Shown here: positions 50,220-59,939 of the stretch, one piece after another
How the letters are laid out: each line of letters starts with the position of its first letter
How positions within the stretch are numbered: position 1 is the first letter of the stretch
Position numbers and translations under genes: made by a program
Notes under the pieces: generated by a model
What the model was told of the DNA's origin: nothing
Databases searched by the model: none
The model's input: the letters and a program-made list of their open reading frames with translations, nothing else
Source of the DNA: Armatimonadota bacterium
GTDB lineage: Bacteria; Armatimonadota; UBA5829; DSUL01
NCBI GenBank assembly: GCA_039811685.1
Contig: JBDHZC010000006.1
Location: 32,001-96,000, forward strand
Direction: 5' to 3'
DNA length: 64,000 nucleotides

Positions 50220-51197
50220 ATGGATATGCAGTACACACAACTTGGCCGATCCGGGCTGAAGGTCAGCCGCTTCTGCCTGGGCACAATGAACTTTGGCCCT
50301 GTCACCAGTGAGGCCGACAGCCACAGGATTATGGATCGCGCACTGGAGCACGGTATCAATTTCTTTGATACCGCCAACGTCTACGGCTGGGCGCTGGGGG
50401 AAGGCATTACGGAGCAGATCATCGGACGCTGGTTCGCAAAAGGTGGCGGCCGGCGCGAGAAAACTGTGATTGCAACCAAGCTCTACAACGAGATGGGAAA
50501 CTGGCCGAACGAATCCCGCGTGTCCGCCCTGCACATCCGCCACGCCTGCGAAGGCAGTCTGAAGCGCCTGCAGACTGACTATATCGACCTTTACCAGATG
50601 CACCATATCGCCCGTGAGTGCCCCTGGGAAGAGGTCTGGCAGGCATTTGAAAAGCTTTACAACGACGGCAAAATCCTGTATGCAGGCGCCAGCAACTTTG
50701 CTGGCTGGCACATTGCCAAGGCACAGGAGGAAGCGCGCAAACGCAACTTCATGGGCCTGGTCTCGGAACAAAGCCTTTACAACTTGAAGGCGCGTACGGT
50801 GGAGTTGGAAGTGCTGCCAGCCTGCCAGGACTACGGCCTGGGTGTGATCCCGTGGAGTCCGCTCGGCAGCGGGCTTTTGGGCGGGGCTTTGAAGAAAGCA
50901 AGCGAGGGCCGGCGCGCTCAGGAAGGCGTGCAGCAGACCATTGAAGCTCACCGTCCCCAGCTTGAGAAGTATGAAAAGCTCTGCGCGGACATTGACGCAG
51001 AGCCCGCCAATGTGGCGCTGTCGTGGCTCCTGCATCAGCCCGCTGTGACTGCGCCCATCATCGGCCCGAGAACTCTGGGGCAATTGGACAACACTCTTCG
51101 CGCGCTTGAGGTCAAACTGAGCGAAGAGACGCTCAAGAAGCTGGACGATATCTGGCCGGGACCGGGAGGAGCTGCCCCTGAGGCCTACGCCTGGTAG
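50220..51197 (+). CDS. Aldo/keto reductase
   Basis: LGRSGLKVS..CLGTMNFG, FFDTANVY, ATK, SLKRLQTDYIDLYQMH, WSPL, PIIG. Confidence 0.95.
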   Translation: MDMQYTQLGRSGLKVSRFCLGTMNFGPVTSEADSHRIMDRALEHGINFFDTANVYGWALGEGITEQIIGRWFAKGGGRREKTVIATKLYNEMGNWPNESRVSALHIRHACEGSLKRLQTDYIDLYQMHHIARECPWEEVWQAFEKLYNDGKILYAGASNFAGWHIAKAQEEARKRNFMGLVSEQSLYNLKARTVELEVLPACQDYGLGVIPWSPLGSGLLGGALKKASEGRRAQEGVQQTIEAHRPQLEKYEKLCADIDAEPANVALSWLLHQPAVTAPIIGPRTLGQLDNTLRALEVKLSEETLKKLDDIWPGPGGAAPEAYAW

Positions 51198-51259
51198 GAC
51201 GCCCCGTTTCACCGCCGCTGCGATGACAGTCGGGTCTGATCTCGCAACGACGCATTAAT

Positions 51260-51293
51260 AAAGCGCGCCGCTTTACCGCGGCGCGCTTTTTTT
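51260..51293. terminator. Bidirectional intrinsic terminator
   Basis: AAAGCGCGCCGC-TTTACC-GCGGCGCGCTTT(TTTT) between convergent genes. Confidence 0.8.
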
Positions 51294-51313
51294 AGAACAG
51301 GTTCGTCGAGAAT

Positions 51314-52582
51314 CTACACCCAGCCGCGCAACTTCATGGCCTCGGCCACGCGTTGGATGGAGACCATGTAGGCGGCGGTCCGCATATCAACGCCAAACTC
51401 TGTCGACGTGTTGAGAACCGCGCGGAACGCTTCGGTCATCTTACGATCCAGGCGGTGATGTACCTCCGCTTCCTCCCAGTAGTAGCCACTCGAGTTCTGC
51501 ACCCATTCAAAGTACGAAACAGTGACTCCACCGGCATTACACAGGAAGTCTGGAATTACAAACACGTTGTTGTTAAACAGGATCTCGTCAGCCGCGGGAG
51601 TCGTCGGGCCGTTAGCGAGCTCTGCGATAATATTAGCTCGAATACGGGAAGCATTGTGTTCCGTAATGACCTCTTCCAACGCGGAAGGCGCAAGAACTTC
51701 TACATCCAGCTCCAGCAACTCATCATTGCTGATCTGCTGAGCGCCAGGGAAATTGGCCACAGTACCCGTGCGCCGCTTCTCATTTACGAGTGCCTGTGGA
51801 TCAAGTCCGCCGGGGTTATAAACTCCTCCGCGCGTATCACTGACAGCGACAATCCGGCATCCGAGAAGGTCGTGGAAGAGTGTCGCCGCATACTGGCCAG
51901 CGTTGCCGAATCCCTGAATGGCAACCGTGCTTGACTTGAGGTCCAGCCCAAGGTGCTCCGCTGCCTCACGGACCGTATAAGCCCCACCCCGGGCAGTGGC
52001 ATCGCCACGCCCGGCGGATCCGCCGATAGCCAGCGGCTTGCCCGTAATAACTCCGGGCGCATGGTGGCCAACGATGGTGGAGTACTCATCCATCATCCAG
52101 GCCATAATCTGCGGTGTGGTGTACACATCTGGAGCGGGAATGTCTTTATCTGGACCAATGAAGCGGCTGATTGCGCGCACGTAGGCGCGGCTCAACCTCT
52201 CAAGCTCCGTCTCGGAGAGAGATTTCGGGTCACAAATGATCCCACCCTTACCGCCGCCCAACGGAATGTCCACAACGGCGCACTTCCACGTCATCCACGC
52301 GGCAAGCGCGCGCACGGTGTCAATCGTCTCCTCAGGATGAAAACGGATGCCGCCCTTGTTCGGACCTCGAGCGTCGTTGTACTGCACTCGATAAGCATTG
52401 AACGTCCGGCAAGATCCGTCGTCCATCTTGATGGTGAGGGTAACGTGCATCTCACGCGCCGGCTGTCGCAGCGCAGTGTGAATGCCAGAGTCGAGTTTAA
52501 GGATTGCCGCAGCCTTGTCAAGCTGCTGCTGTGCTATATGGAAGGGGTTGATCTTCTCTTCCAACAGTTGTGCGTGGGCCAA
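51314..52582 (-). CDS. gdhA: Glutamate dehydrogenase
   Basis: [59 protein letters not shown] start after GAGGAG. Confidence 0.95.
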   Translation of the reverse strand: MAHAQLLEEKINPFHIAQQQLDKAAAILKLDSGIHTALRQPAREMHVTLTIKMDDGSCRTFNAYRVQYNDARGPNKGGIRFHPEETIDTVRALAAWMTWKCAVVDIPLGGGKGGIICDPKSLSETELERLSRAYVRAISRFIGPDKDIPAPDVYTTPQIMAWMMDEYSTIVGHHAPGVITGKPLAIGGSAGRGDATARGGAYTVREAAEHLGLDLKSSTVAIQGFGNAGQYAATLFHDLLGCRIVAVSDTRGGVYNPGGLDPQALVNEKRRTGTVANFPGAQQISNDELLELDVEVLAPSALEEVITEHNASRIRANIIAELANGPTTPAADEILFNNNVFVIPDFLCNAGGVTVSYFEWVQNSSGYYWEEAEVHHRLDRKMTEAFRAVLNTSTEFGVDMRTAAYMVSIQRVAEAMKLRGWV

Positions 52583-53043
52583 TGTCGTTCTCCTCAAGTG
52601 GTAACGCCGAGAAGGCTACGCATGAAAGAAGTATGGCGCACGACTATGTGCTGGTAAGTAGCCAGCGGTCTCCCGCTCTGCATTGCCAGTGCAGGCGTTG
52701 TGAGCAAGGAAACATCTCAGAGATCCAAACCAGGGGCTTTGTTCGCGTGCTCTTGCGCGCGATGTCTGATCAGACTCTTTTGCCTCAGAATGGGCAAATC
52801 ATGCACAACCTTACATTTCGGGAAGTACAATTTAGCAAGATTACGCGCTCTGCGTCAAGATATGAAGATACAAAAATTCAGTCTTTTCAGGGGGACAACT
52901 CACTTTTTCGAGCCAAAACAGACGCAAAATGCCTTGACGCGCAGATTTTCCACTTGTCTCAGCTTGCTCTATGAGCGCCTACAATACGGGCGAGAACAAG
53001 GGTTTTTGCGGACGCCCCAATAAGACGAGCCGGGGGAGATGCG

Positions 53044-54078
53044 ATGAGAGCGGCTGTGCACACCGATGCTTTTGAACTGAGTTTGCAGGACTGGCCGGAC
53101 CCGGAAATCCGGGCGCCGGATGACGTCATTGTCCGAGTCGGATCGGTGGGCATTTGCGGAAGCGATAAGCACGATCTGGACCACTTCCCGGCGCGTCCGC
53201 AGATTCCGGGCCACGAGTTCGCCGGAGTCATCCATGAGGTGGGCGCTGATGCGGCTGGTTTCAAGCCTGGCGACCGTGTCCTGGTCAGGCCGCATACGCG
53301 GTGCGGAAAGTGTGGAGAGTGTCTCAAGACACCTCGCGGAGAGTGTCTGTCCCCGGGAGTTTTTGGCTGCCGTGGTGTGCAACACCCACCCGGCGCTATG
53401 GCGGAGCAGATACTGGTCCGGGCGGAAAATCTCTGGAAAGTCCCAGACAATATTCCGCTTGCGCACGCTGCCCTTGCCGACCCTCTGGCGGTCGCCATTC
53501 ATGCCGTAGAGCGCGGGCCGTCCGTACGTGCAGAGACCTGCGTTATTATGGGCGCCGGGGTCATCGGGCTGTTGCTTGCACAGGTGCTGCGGCTTGACGG
53601 CGCCGGTGAGGTCGCGCTGGTGGACGTGCTGGCGTCTCACCTGGAAGTGGCGAGGGGACAGGGTGAGTTCCTGACATTTTCGGGCGATGACCGGGAAAAG
53701 CTCGAAGGTGATCTGAACGCGCTGAAATCCGGAATCTTCTTCGAGCTCGCGGGCGGAGAGGCTCCGACGCTGGATGCTGCCATTCAGTGTATCCGCCCGG
53801 GTGGGACCGTGCTGCTGGTGTCTCAACGTCCAGGTGGCGCATGGATCAATTATCAGAGAGTAATGGGTAACGAGCTGAACCTGCACGGGGTCGCGGGGGT
53901 GTCGGACGAGGCCTGGGAGCGCGCCGTTGAGTTGCTGTTCTCCGGGCGAATCAACGCAGCGCCGCTGATTACCCACACCTACCCGCTCGAAGAAGCGACC
54001 CGGGCGCTTGACACAGCCTGTCACGGAGACTCGCTAAAGGTCTGTCTGTCACCTAACCCGGACCTGATGGGATGCTGA
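53044..54078 (+). CDS. Zinc-dependent MDR dehydrogenase (sugar alcohol/threonine dehydrogenase-like)
   Basis: GICGSD, GHE, CGKCGEC...C, GAGVIG. Confidence 0.92.
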   Translation: MRAAVHTDAFELSLQDWPDPEIRAPDDVIVRVGSVGICGSDKHDLDHFPARPQIPGHEFAGVIHEVGADAAGFKPGDRVLVRPHTRCGKCGECLKTPRGECLSPGVFGCRGVQHPPGAMAEQILVRAENLWKVPDNIPLAHAALADPLAVAIHAVERGPSVRAETCVIMGAGVIGLLLAQVLRLDGAGEVALVDVLASHLEVARGQGEFLTFSGDDREKLEGDLNALKSGIFFELAGGEAPTLDAAIQCIRPGGTVLLVSQRPGGAWINYQRVMGNELNLHGVAGVSDEAWERAVELLFSGRINAAPLITHTYPLEEATRALDTACHGDSLKVCLSPNPDLMGC

Positions 54079-54890
54079 GGCTCGGTCTGGATTCCTACAG
54101 TCTGCACCGGACTCTCGACGCCCTTGAGCCCTACTCCGCCGTTCGCGTCTTTCTGAAAAAAGTGAAGGAACTGAAGCTGGATGGCTGGCAGTTCGACCCG
54201 AGGCACCTGGACGGCTGGAACAAAGACCTGGTGCGGGAAATCGGCGCCATCAGCCGGGGCGAGGGGCTGTATCTGGAGCTGGGCAGCGGGGGATTTGAGC
54301 ACGACCACCTGATTGGACGCCTGGAGATGGCTGCGCAAGCCGGGGCGAGGAGCCTTCGCACTTTTGTAGCGCCGGAGCGGATTGCCGTAGGCGCCGAGCG
54401 AGTCAGGGAGATTGCCGGGTTTGCCGTACCACACCTGACTCGACTCGCTGCAGCCGCCTGCGACCTGGGCGTTCCAGTCGCGGTTGAGAACCACGAAGAC
54501 CTCACGAGCGAAGAGCTTCAGCAAATGCTGGAGGCTATCGGCAGCGATTGCGTTGGTGCGTGTCTGGACGCAGCTAACGCTTTGTCCGTTGGAGAAGACC
54601 CCGCCGAGTGCGCGCGCCGCCTAGCTCCGTGCACAATAGCCTGCCACCTGAAGGATTGGAGTGTGCGCGTGCAGGACGGCAGACTGGAGCGGACCACCAG
54701 GCCGTTCGGCAGCGGTGACGCCAGATTGGACGAGGTCTTTAACCTGCTGCGCGAAACCAGACCAGAGCTGCCTATCACTGTCGAGCAACCCTACATAGAT
54801 CCGCGCGATCCCGGAGCGCCGGATAACGAAGACGCCGCCGTACGTCAGGCAGTTGAATACGTGCGCGGTCTGGAGAGCGGCCAGCCCTAG
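54072..54890 (+). CDS. Sugar phosphate isomerase/epimerase (xylose isomerase-like TIM barrel)
   Basis: ENH, D..N, HLKD, G.G, terminal E; overlaps the upstream gene. Confidence 0.88.
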   Translation: MLRLGLDSYSLHRTLDALEPYSAVRVFLKKVKELKLDGWQFDPRHLDGWNKDLVREIGAISRGEGLYLELGSGGFEHDHLIGRLEMAAQAGARSLRTFVAPERIAVGAERVREIAGFAVPHLTRLAAAACDLGVPVAVENHEDLTSEELQQMLEAIGSDCVGACLDAANALSVGEDPAECARRLAPCTIACHLKDWSVRVQDGRLERTTRPFGSGDARLDEVFNLLRETRPELPITVEQPYIDPRDPGAPDNEDAAVRQAVEYVRGLESGQP

Positions 54891-54909
54891 CTTCTAAGGA
54901 CGTTCCCAG

Positions 54910-56742
54910 CTATTGCCGTCTGACGACGAGCAGCCAGTCTTCATTATCCGGAGCATTGAAACTCGCTTCGACCGGTCCTCGAACCTTGCTCTGAGATAGA
55001 AGCGCCTTCGTGCCCTCACCTGTCCGCGGGTTGAACCAACCGGCAGTGAAATTCCCTTCCGGCAAATCGAGTTGAACCAGGCCGCCAGAGGGTTTGTACA
55101 CGAGGTACGTCCTACCCTCTTCGCACAATACGTAATCGTCTTCAGCAGATGTGAGGCGGTCCCGCGTGAACAGGCGCTCAATCGGAATCTTCTGCTGGCG
55201 GAAGAACTCAAGAGCGATATGCGCATATTTCCACGACTCCTCGCGACTTCTCCAATCCTCGCAGAGCAAATCGTTGCACGGGAGCGCATAGCCGAAGTAG
55301 TACTCAACGCCTGCGCCGCCCGCCATCAGGTTACCCCAGAGGGTGCGCTTGCGGATATCGTCTGCGCTGCGCCCGATGGCCTTCGGGTCGAACCCGTCAT
55401 AGCCTTTATCCGGAGGTACACCCGTGTCCGCGCCGTTCTGCTCATCGCTCGCCACAACCCAGAGCTTTCCAGCCCTCGTGGATTCCCACACCCACCAGAT
55501 CGTGAACCCGTGTACGTCGTCCCAGCCGTTCTGAAGGGAAGCTCCGGTCAGATCGGACGCTTTGCCAAGATGCGCCTTGTAGAGCTTCTCCTGATCGCCG
55601 GGAAAAGTGTGCAGGGCGATGTTGTGACCGTACGGGTCATGCTTGTGGAAGAACGCGGCCATCGCCTTTTGCTGGGCCACTGTTTGAGAGTTCTCTTCCC
55701 CGAGATTCCACGTCAGCCCCTGAAGATGGCCGAAGCGCGCGATCAGTTCCCTGTAGTAGAGCCTGCGCTCCGTGCCAAGTTCGCCACCGTCCAGGGACTC
55801 CGGCACATCGTTGTCGTTCTCCGTTTCCTGCGTCTTAAACTGGAGATGTATGCCTTTTGCCTGCGCGTGCTCGAATACAATAAGCCACTGATCGAGCTTC
55901 GAACAATCATAGCGGGTTTTCTGGTTGCGGGTCACAAATGGCCAGACATTATCGCCGTCTCCTCCGGCGTTGTACGTGAGGAAGGAAACCGTATTCATCC
56001 CCTGTGAGGCGAGATAGTTGATGGCGCCAATAAGTCCGCGACCCTTGCCAGCCTTCCAGACCGGATCGCCAGGTCGCCAGTCGCGCACGTGCGCCTGGAA
56101 CGTCTTCAGCGGCGTTTTGAGCGTGGAGGTCCCGTCGAAGTCCTTGTAGGCAAGCAGCGTCTCCGGAGAGTCCGGCCCCGCCTTCAGAAAGTACTCCTTC
56201 GAACCCGCGAAGCGCAGATAGCGCTCGCCAACATACTGCAACCATCCCCTTGCGCGAAAGTCCGGCCACCTCTTGTCAGAGGGCGCAACGCGAACGGAAC
56301 CGGTCTCACCGTCAAAGAAGCCCGCTGAGACACCGGCCCTGGGGTCCTGACTTACGGCAATATCAGGGCCTTTTCGGAAGGAGACGTTGTAATCCCACAG
56401 TCCGGTTTCATTTGGACAGAACTGCGCGCGCCAGACGCGCCCGGAGGAAGCGGAAGTCTCCGCTGCCCGGCCATCCGCCGCATAGTAACCGTAGATGAGA
56501 TAGGTCTTTCCCGTTGCCTTGTGGCGAAAGGTGACATTTAGTCTGTAATCGAGAAACGGATTGGGATCGGCGGTTTCACTTGTATCCGGACCGGCAAAGC
56601 TCAGACTTAGAGTGTGCCACTGCTTGAGCTCTCCGCTAACCCTGGCGCCCGCCCGCACGGAAGGTGCAGTGACGGCGCACAGGGCAGCGAACAGAATGAC
56701 GGTCGTGAGTCTGGCAGGAGAAAGCATAAATCGGACTCTCAC
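54910..56742 (-). CDS. Secreted DUF5060 / putative glycoside hydrolase with C-terminal collagen-binding-like domain
   Basis: Signal peptide; NPFLDYRL, GYYAADG, WNLGEE, DEQ, WGNLMAGGAGVEYYFG, WFNPRTG. Confidence 0.75.
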   Translation of the reverse strand: MRVRFMLSPARLTTVILFAALCAVTAPSVRAGARVSGELKQWHTLSLSFAGPDTSETADPNPFLDYRLNVTFRHKATGKTYLIYGYYAADGRAAETSASSGRVWRAQFCPNETGLWDYNVSFRKGPDIAVSQDPRAGVSAGFFDGETGSVRVAPSDKRWPDFRARGWLQYVGERYLRFAGSKEYFLKAGPDSPETLLAYKDFDGTSTLKTPLKTFQAHVRDWRPGDPVWKAGKGRGLIGAINYLASQGMNTVSFLTYNAGGDGDNVWPFVTRNQKTRYDCSKLDQWLIVFEHAQAKGIHLQFKTQETENDNDVPESLDGGELGTERRLYYRELIARFGHLQGLTWNLGEENSQTVAQQKAMAAFFHKHDPYGHNIALHTFPGDQEKLYKAHLGKASDLTGASLQNGWDDVHGFTIWWVWESTRAGKLWVVASDEQNGADTGVPPDKGYDGFDPKAIGRSADDIRKRTLWGNLMAGGAGVEYYFGYALPCNDLLCEDWRSREESWKYAHIALEFFRQQKIPIERLFTRDRLTSAEDDYVLCEEGRTYLVYKPSGGLVQLDLPEGNFTAGWFNPRTGEGTKALLSQSKVRGPVEASFNAPDNEDWLLVVRRQ

Positions 56743-56982
56743 TTATCGTTGTGGCACGTTGGTGAATGCCAGCGTAGCCTGTAATCTTGATGATTAATTC
56801 GGCGAGCACAAGTGAAAATCATCCAGAAAAGACGGTTCTCGTACGAAGACGCCGTCCGCCTCCCGCTGCAGTTTGTCCTCTTACCCGGTAAGAGTCTCCA
56901 AACCAGTACTCACAAAAGAGCGCGAGGGACGTATCTATTTCTTAGAAAATTCAAATATTTACTGAAAGAATATGCTTAATCG

Positions 56983-57012
56983 TTGACACGAGGGGCTTGG
57001 AGGCCGTAGAAT
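56983..57012 (+). promoter_or_regulatory. Sigma70-type promoter for the nos operon
   Basis: TTGACA-18 nt-TAGAAT preceded by an AT-rich tract. Confidence 0.5.
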
Positions 57013-57064
57013 TGGCGCGAACCACACGCGAGTGAGCATACGATAGAGTGGCTGTCGTATACTC

Positions 57065-57082
57065 TTGTGCATTTTTGCGCAA
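57065..57082. promoter_or_regulatory. Rex-like operator palindrome
   Basis: TTGTGCA-TTTT-TGCGCAA versus the Rex consensus TTGTGAA-N4-TTCACAA. Confidence 0.5.
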
Positions 57083-57214
57083 AGGTCGCGATTCTATAGC
57101 AACCAAGTCCGGATGTCCGCCGGCAAAAGACCTGACACTTGTTCTTTCTGTCGTGGCAACTCTCCGCTGGCTGTCCGGAAGCGTCTTACCTCACGAAAGC
57201 AGAGGAGGAGTGAA

Positions 57215-59251
57215 GTGGCTTACGAGACTTCTGACAACAGCAAGACCTGGGCTGTCGTGGCAGCCATTGTGGTCGTTGTGTTCGCAGCGATTGGCTGGCT
57301 GATTTTTCGGCCAAGCGGTGAAGGCGGCGCACAGGGACCGGGTGGCGCTACCCTGACAAGAATGCCGGGTGACGCCAACTCCATTATCAAGAATCGCCAG
57401 ATGTCGCCTGAGGACGTTCTGGCGGCGCTGACAACCTACATGCCCTCCGGCAAGCATGACGACTACATGATGTTCGCCTCTGGTGGGCATGGTGGCCAGG
57501 TGCTGGTGATAGGCGTGCCTTCAATGCGACTGCTCAAGGTGATCGGGGTGTTCACTCCGGAGCCGTGGCAGGGCTGGGGTTTTTCGGAAGAAACCCGTGC
57601 CGTGATCAACGGCAAAGCTGGGGATGGCACTGATCTGTTGTGGGGCGACACGCATCACCCGGCCTTGAGTGAGACCAATGGCGAGTATGACGGCCAGTTT
57701 CTCTTCATCAACGACAAGGCCTCAGCGCGTGTCGCAGTCATCGATCTCCGAGACTTCGAAACCAAGCAGATTGTTAAGAACCCGCTGGCCATCAACGACC
57801 ACGGCGGCGCCTTTGTCACTCCGGACACCGAATGGGTTATTGAAGGCGGTCAGTATGCGCATCCTATCGGTGGAAAATACGCGTCCCTGGCTGATTACAA
57901 GAAATCCTACAGGGGGTTGGTCACCTGCTGGAAGTTCGATCGCAAGAAGGGCCGCATAGACCCGTCCAAATCCTTTGCTATTGAGTTGCCACCGTACTGG
58001 CAGGATCTGTCGGACGCCGGCAAACTTGTGAGTGACGGGTGGATATTCCTGAACTCGTTCAATACGGAGATGGCCACAGGCGGCGGAGAAAAGAAGGGCG
58101 GCGTCTGGTTTGAGGCCGGCACAACCCAGCGTGACATGGACTACCTGCACGTCATCAATCTCAAGAAGGCCATCGCGACAGCGGCTGCAGGCAAGACGAC
58201 CACCATCAACGGATTCCGGATGATCCCGCTGCAGACTGCAGCCTCTGAGAGCATTCTGTACTTTGCCCCAGAACCCAAAAGCCCGCACGGGGTGGATGTC
58301 ACCCCTGGCGGCGAGTATATGGTAGTCTCCGGCAAGCTGGACCCACATGTCACAATTTTCAGCTTCCAGAAGATGATGGATGCTATCAAGAACAAGTCAT
58401 TCTCCGGGAAAGACCCTTACGGCGTCCCGATCTTTGACTTCAAGAAGGTTGTGGAAAAGCAGGTGGAGTTGGGCCTGGGGCCACTTCATACGCAGTTTGA
58501 CGACAAGGGATACGCCTATACGAGCCTTTTCCTGGACAGCGCTGTGGCGCGGTGGTCACTGGGTGGGCCGTACGAAAAACTCCACTCAGATAAACCGTGG
58601 ACGCTCGTCAAGAAGATACCTGTGCAGTACAATGTCGGACATCTTGCCGCCGCGGAAGGTGATACCGCCAAGCCCGCCGGTCACTTCCTGGTCGCGTTGA
58701 ACAAGTGGTCGGTGGACCGGTTCGCTAATGTGGGCCCTCTTCTGCCGCAGAACCTGCAGCTCGTGGACATTTCCAATCCCGGCGATAAGATGCAGGTGCT
58801 GTATGACATGCCCATTGGAATCGGCGAACCTCACTATTCGCAAATCATCAAGGCCGACAAGATCAAGGCGTGGGACGTGTACCCTGAGATCGGATGGTCG
58901 CCTGTTACGCAGAGCAAGTCTCCAAAAGCCACGACTGTTGGCCAGGAGCGCATCGTGCGCAACGGAAATACTGTTGAAGTGTTCATGACGGCCATCAGGA
59001 GTCATCTGAACCCGGAGCATGTCGAGGTGAAGAAAGGCGACAAGGTGATCTGGCACGTGACGAACGTGGAGCGAGCGCGCGACGCAACGCACGGATTCGC
59101 GCTGTTCAATCACAACCTCAGCCTTGAACCGGGTGAAACGGAGACTATCTCCTTCACAGCGACGAAAGAGGGAGTCTATCCGTACTACTGCACGGAGTTC
59201 TGCTCAGCGCTTCACCTGGAGATGACCGGGTATCTTCTGGTGAAACCGTAG
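57215..59251 (+). CDS. nosZ: Nitrous oxide reductase, clade II (Sec-type)
   Basis: SGGHGGQ, VFTPEPWQG, CuZ His motifs DTHH, NDH, PHG, PLHTQF, VGH, EPH; CuA HGF...CTEFCSALHLEM; no twin-Arg signal; GTG after GAGGAGGAG. Confidence 0.96.
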   Translation: MAYETSDNSKTWAVVAAIVVVVFAAIGWLIFRPSGEGGAQGPGGATLTRMPGDANSIIKNRQMSPEDVLAALTTYMPSGKHDDYMMFASGGHGGQVLVIGVPSMRLLKVIGVFTPEPWQGWGFSEETRAVINGKAGDGTDLLWGDTHHPALSETNGEYDGQFLFINDKASARVAVIDLRDFETKQIVKNPLAINDHGGAFVTPDTEWVIEGGQYAHPIGGKYASLADYKKSYRGLVTCWKFDRKKGRIDPSKSFAIELPPYWQDLSDAGKLVSDGWIFLNSFNTEMATGGGEKKGGVWFEAGTTQRDMDYLHVINLKKAIATAAAGKTTTINGFRMIPLQTAASESILYFAPEPKSPHGVDVTPGGEYMVVSGKLDPHVTIFSFQKMMDAIKNKSFSGKDPYGVPIFDFKKVVEKQVELGLGPLHTQFDDKGYAYTSLFLDSAVARWSLGGPYEKLHSDKPWTLVKKIPVQYNVGHLAAAEGDTAKPAGHFLVALNKWSVDRFANVGPLLPQNLQLVDISNPGDKMQVLYDMPIGIGEPHYSQIIKADKIKAWDVYPEIGWSPVTQSKSPKATTVGQERIVRNGNTVEVFMTAIRSHLNPEHVEVKKGDKVIWHVTNVERARDATHGFALFNHNLSLEPGETETISFTATKEGVYPYYCTEFCSALHLEMTGYLLVKP

Positions 59252-59285
59252 GACTGTTCGGGAGCACCCTTACGAGACGCAGAAT

Positions 59286-59939
59286 ATGAAAAAACGACTG
59301 AATACAATTATCGGACCGCGAGTGCCGCCCGATCTCCAGAAACAAGACTCTCTGAGGTTTCTGCTCCCGACACTACTGTTGTCGCTTTCGGTGGTGTGCC
59401 TGCTGGTAAGTATCTCTCAGCCTTACTGGCGGCTGAAGCTGCACGCTCCCCAGTATCCTGGAGGGTTGTCCGTGCAGGTTTACCTCACCCACACCACCGG
59501 CGACGTCAAAGAGATTGACGGACTGAACCACTATATCGGGATGAAGTCTTTGTCGGAAGCGGCAAAGCTGGAGAGGTCCATAAGCGTCGCCGCTGTGCTG
59601 GTGCTGGCAGTTCTATTGCTGGGGGCGACATACGTTCACACACGGTGGGCGGTCTTGCTGGTCATCCCGTGCCTGATCTTTCCATTTGGATTTCTGGGGG
59701 ACCTGTACTACTGGTTGCGGGCTTTTGGGCTGAACCTCAATCCAGAAGCCCCGCTCAATCATGCGGTCAAACCCTTTGTGCCAACGATTCTCGGAGAGGG
59801 ATTCGTCGGGCAATTCAAGACAGTCGCATCCGTTGACAGCGGGTTCTACCTGGTGTGCATGGGTTGCGTGCTGGCGATTGCCGGGTTGTGGTTCCATCGC
59901 CTTGCGTACAAGCCTCTGCAGGACCAGGCCTTGTCGTGA
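59286..59939 (+). CDS. nosB: Clade II nos membrane protein
   Basis: P.W...L.APQYP.GL, EIDGLNHYIGMK, four TM segments, directly after nosZ. Confidence 0.85.
   Translation: MKKRLNTIIGPRVPPDLQKQDSLRFLLPTLLLSLSVVCLLVSISQPYWRLKLHAPQYPGGLSVQVYLTHTTGDVKEIDGLNHYIGMKSLSEAAKLERSISVAAVLVLAVLLLGATYVHTRWAVLLVIPCLIFPFGFLGDLYYWLRAFGLNLNPEAPLNHAVKPFVPTILGEGFVGQFKTVASVDSGFYLVCMGCVLAIAGLWFHRLAYKPLQDQALS

Noticed and set aside
52790..52808. TGCACAA half-site upstream of gdhA as a second Rex site
   Set aside because: The left half matches poorly and the spacing is wrong.
56788..56801. TTGAT half-site upstream of nosZ as an FNR box
   Set aside because: The second half-site (ATCAA) is absent.
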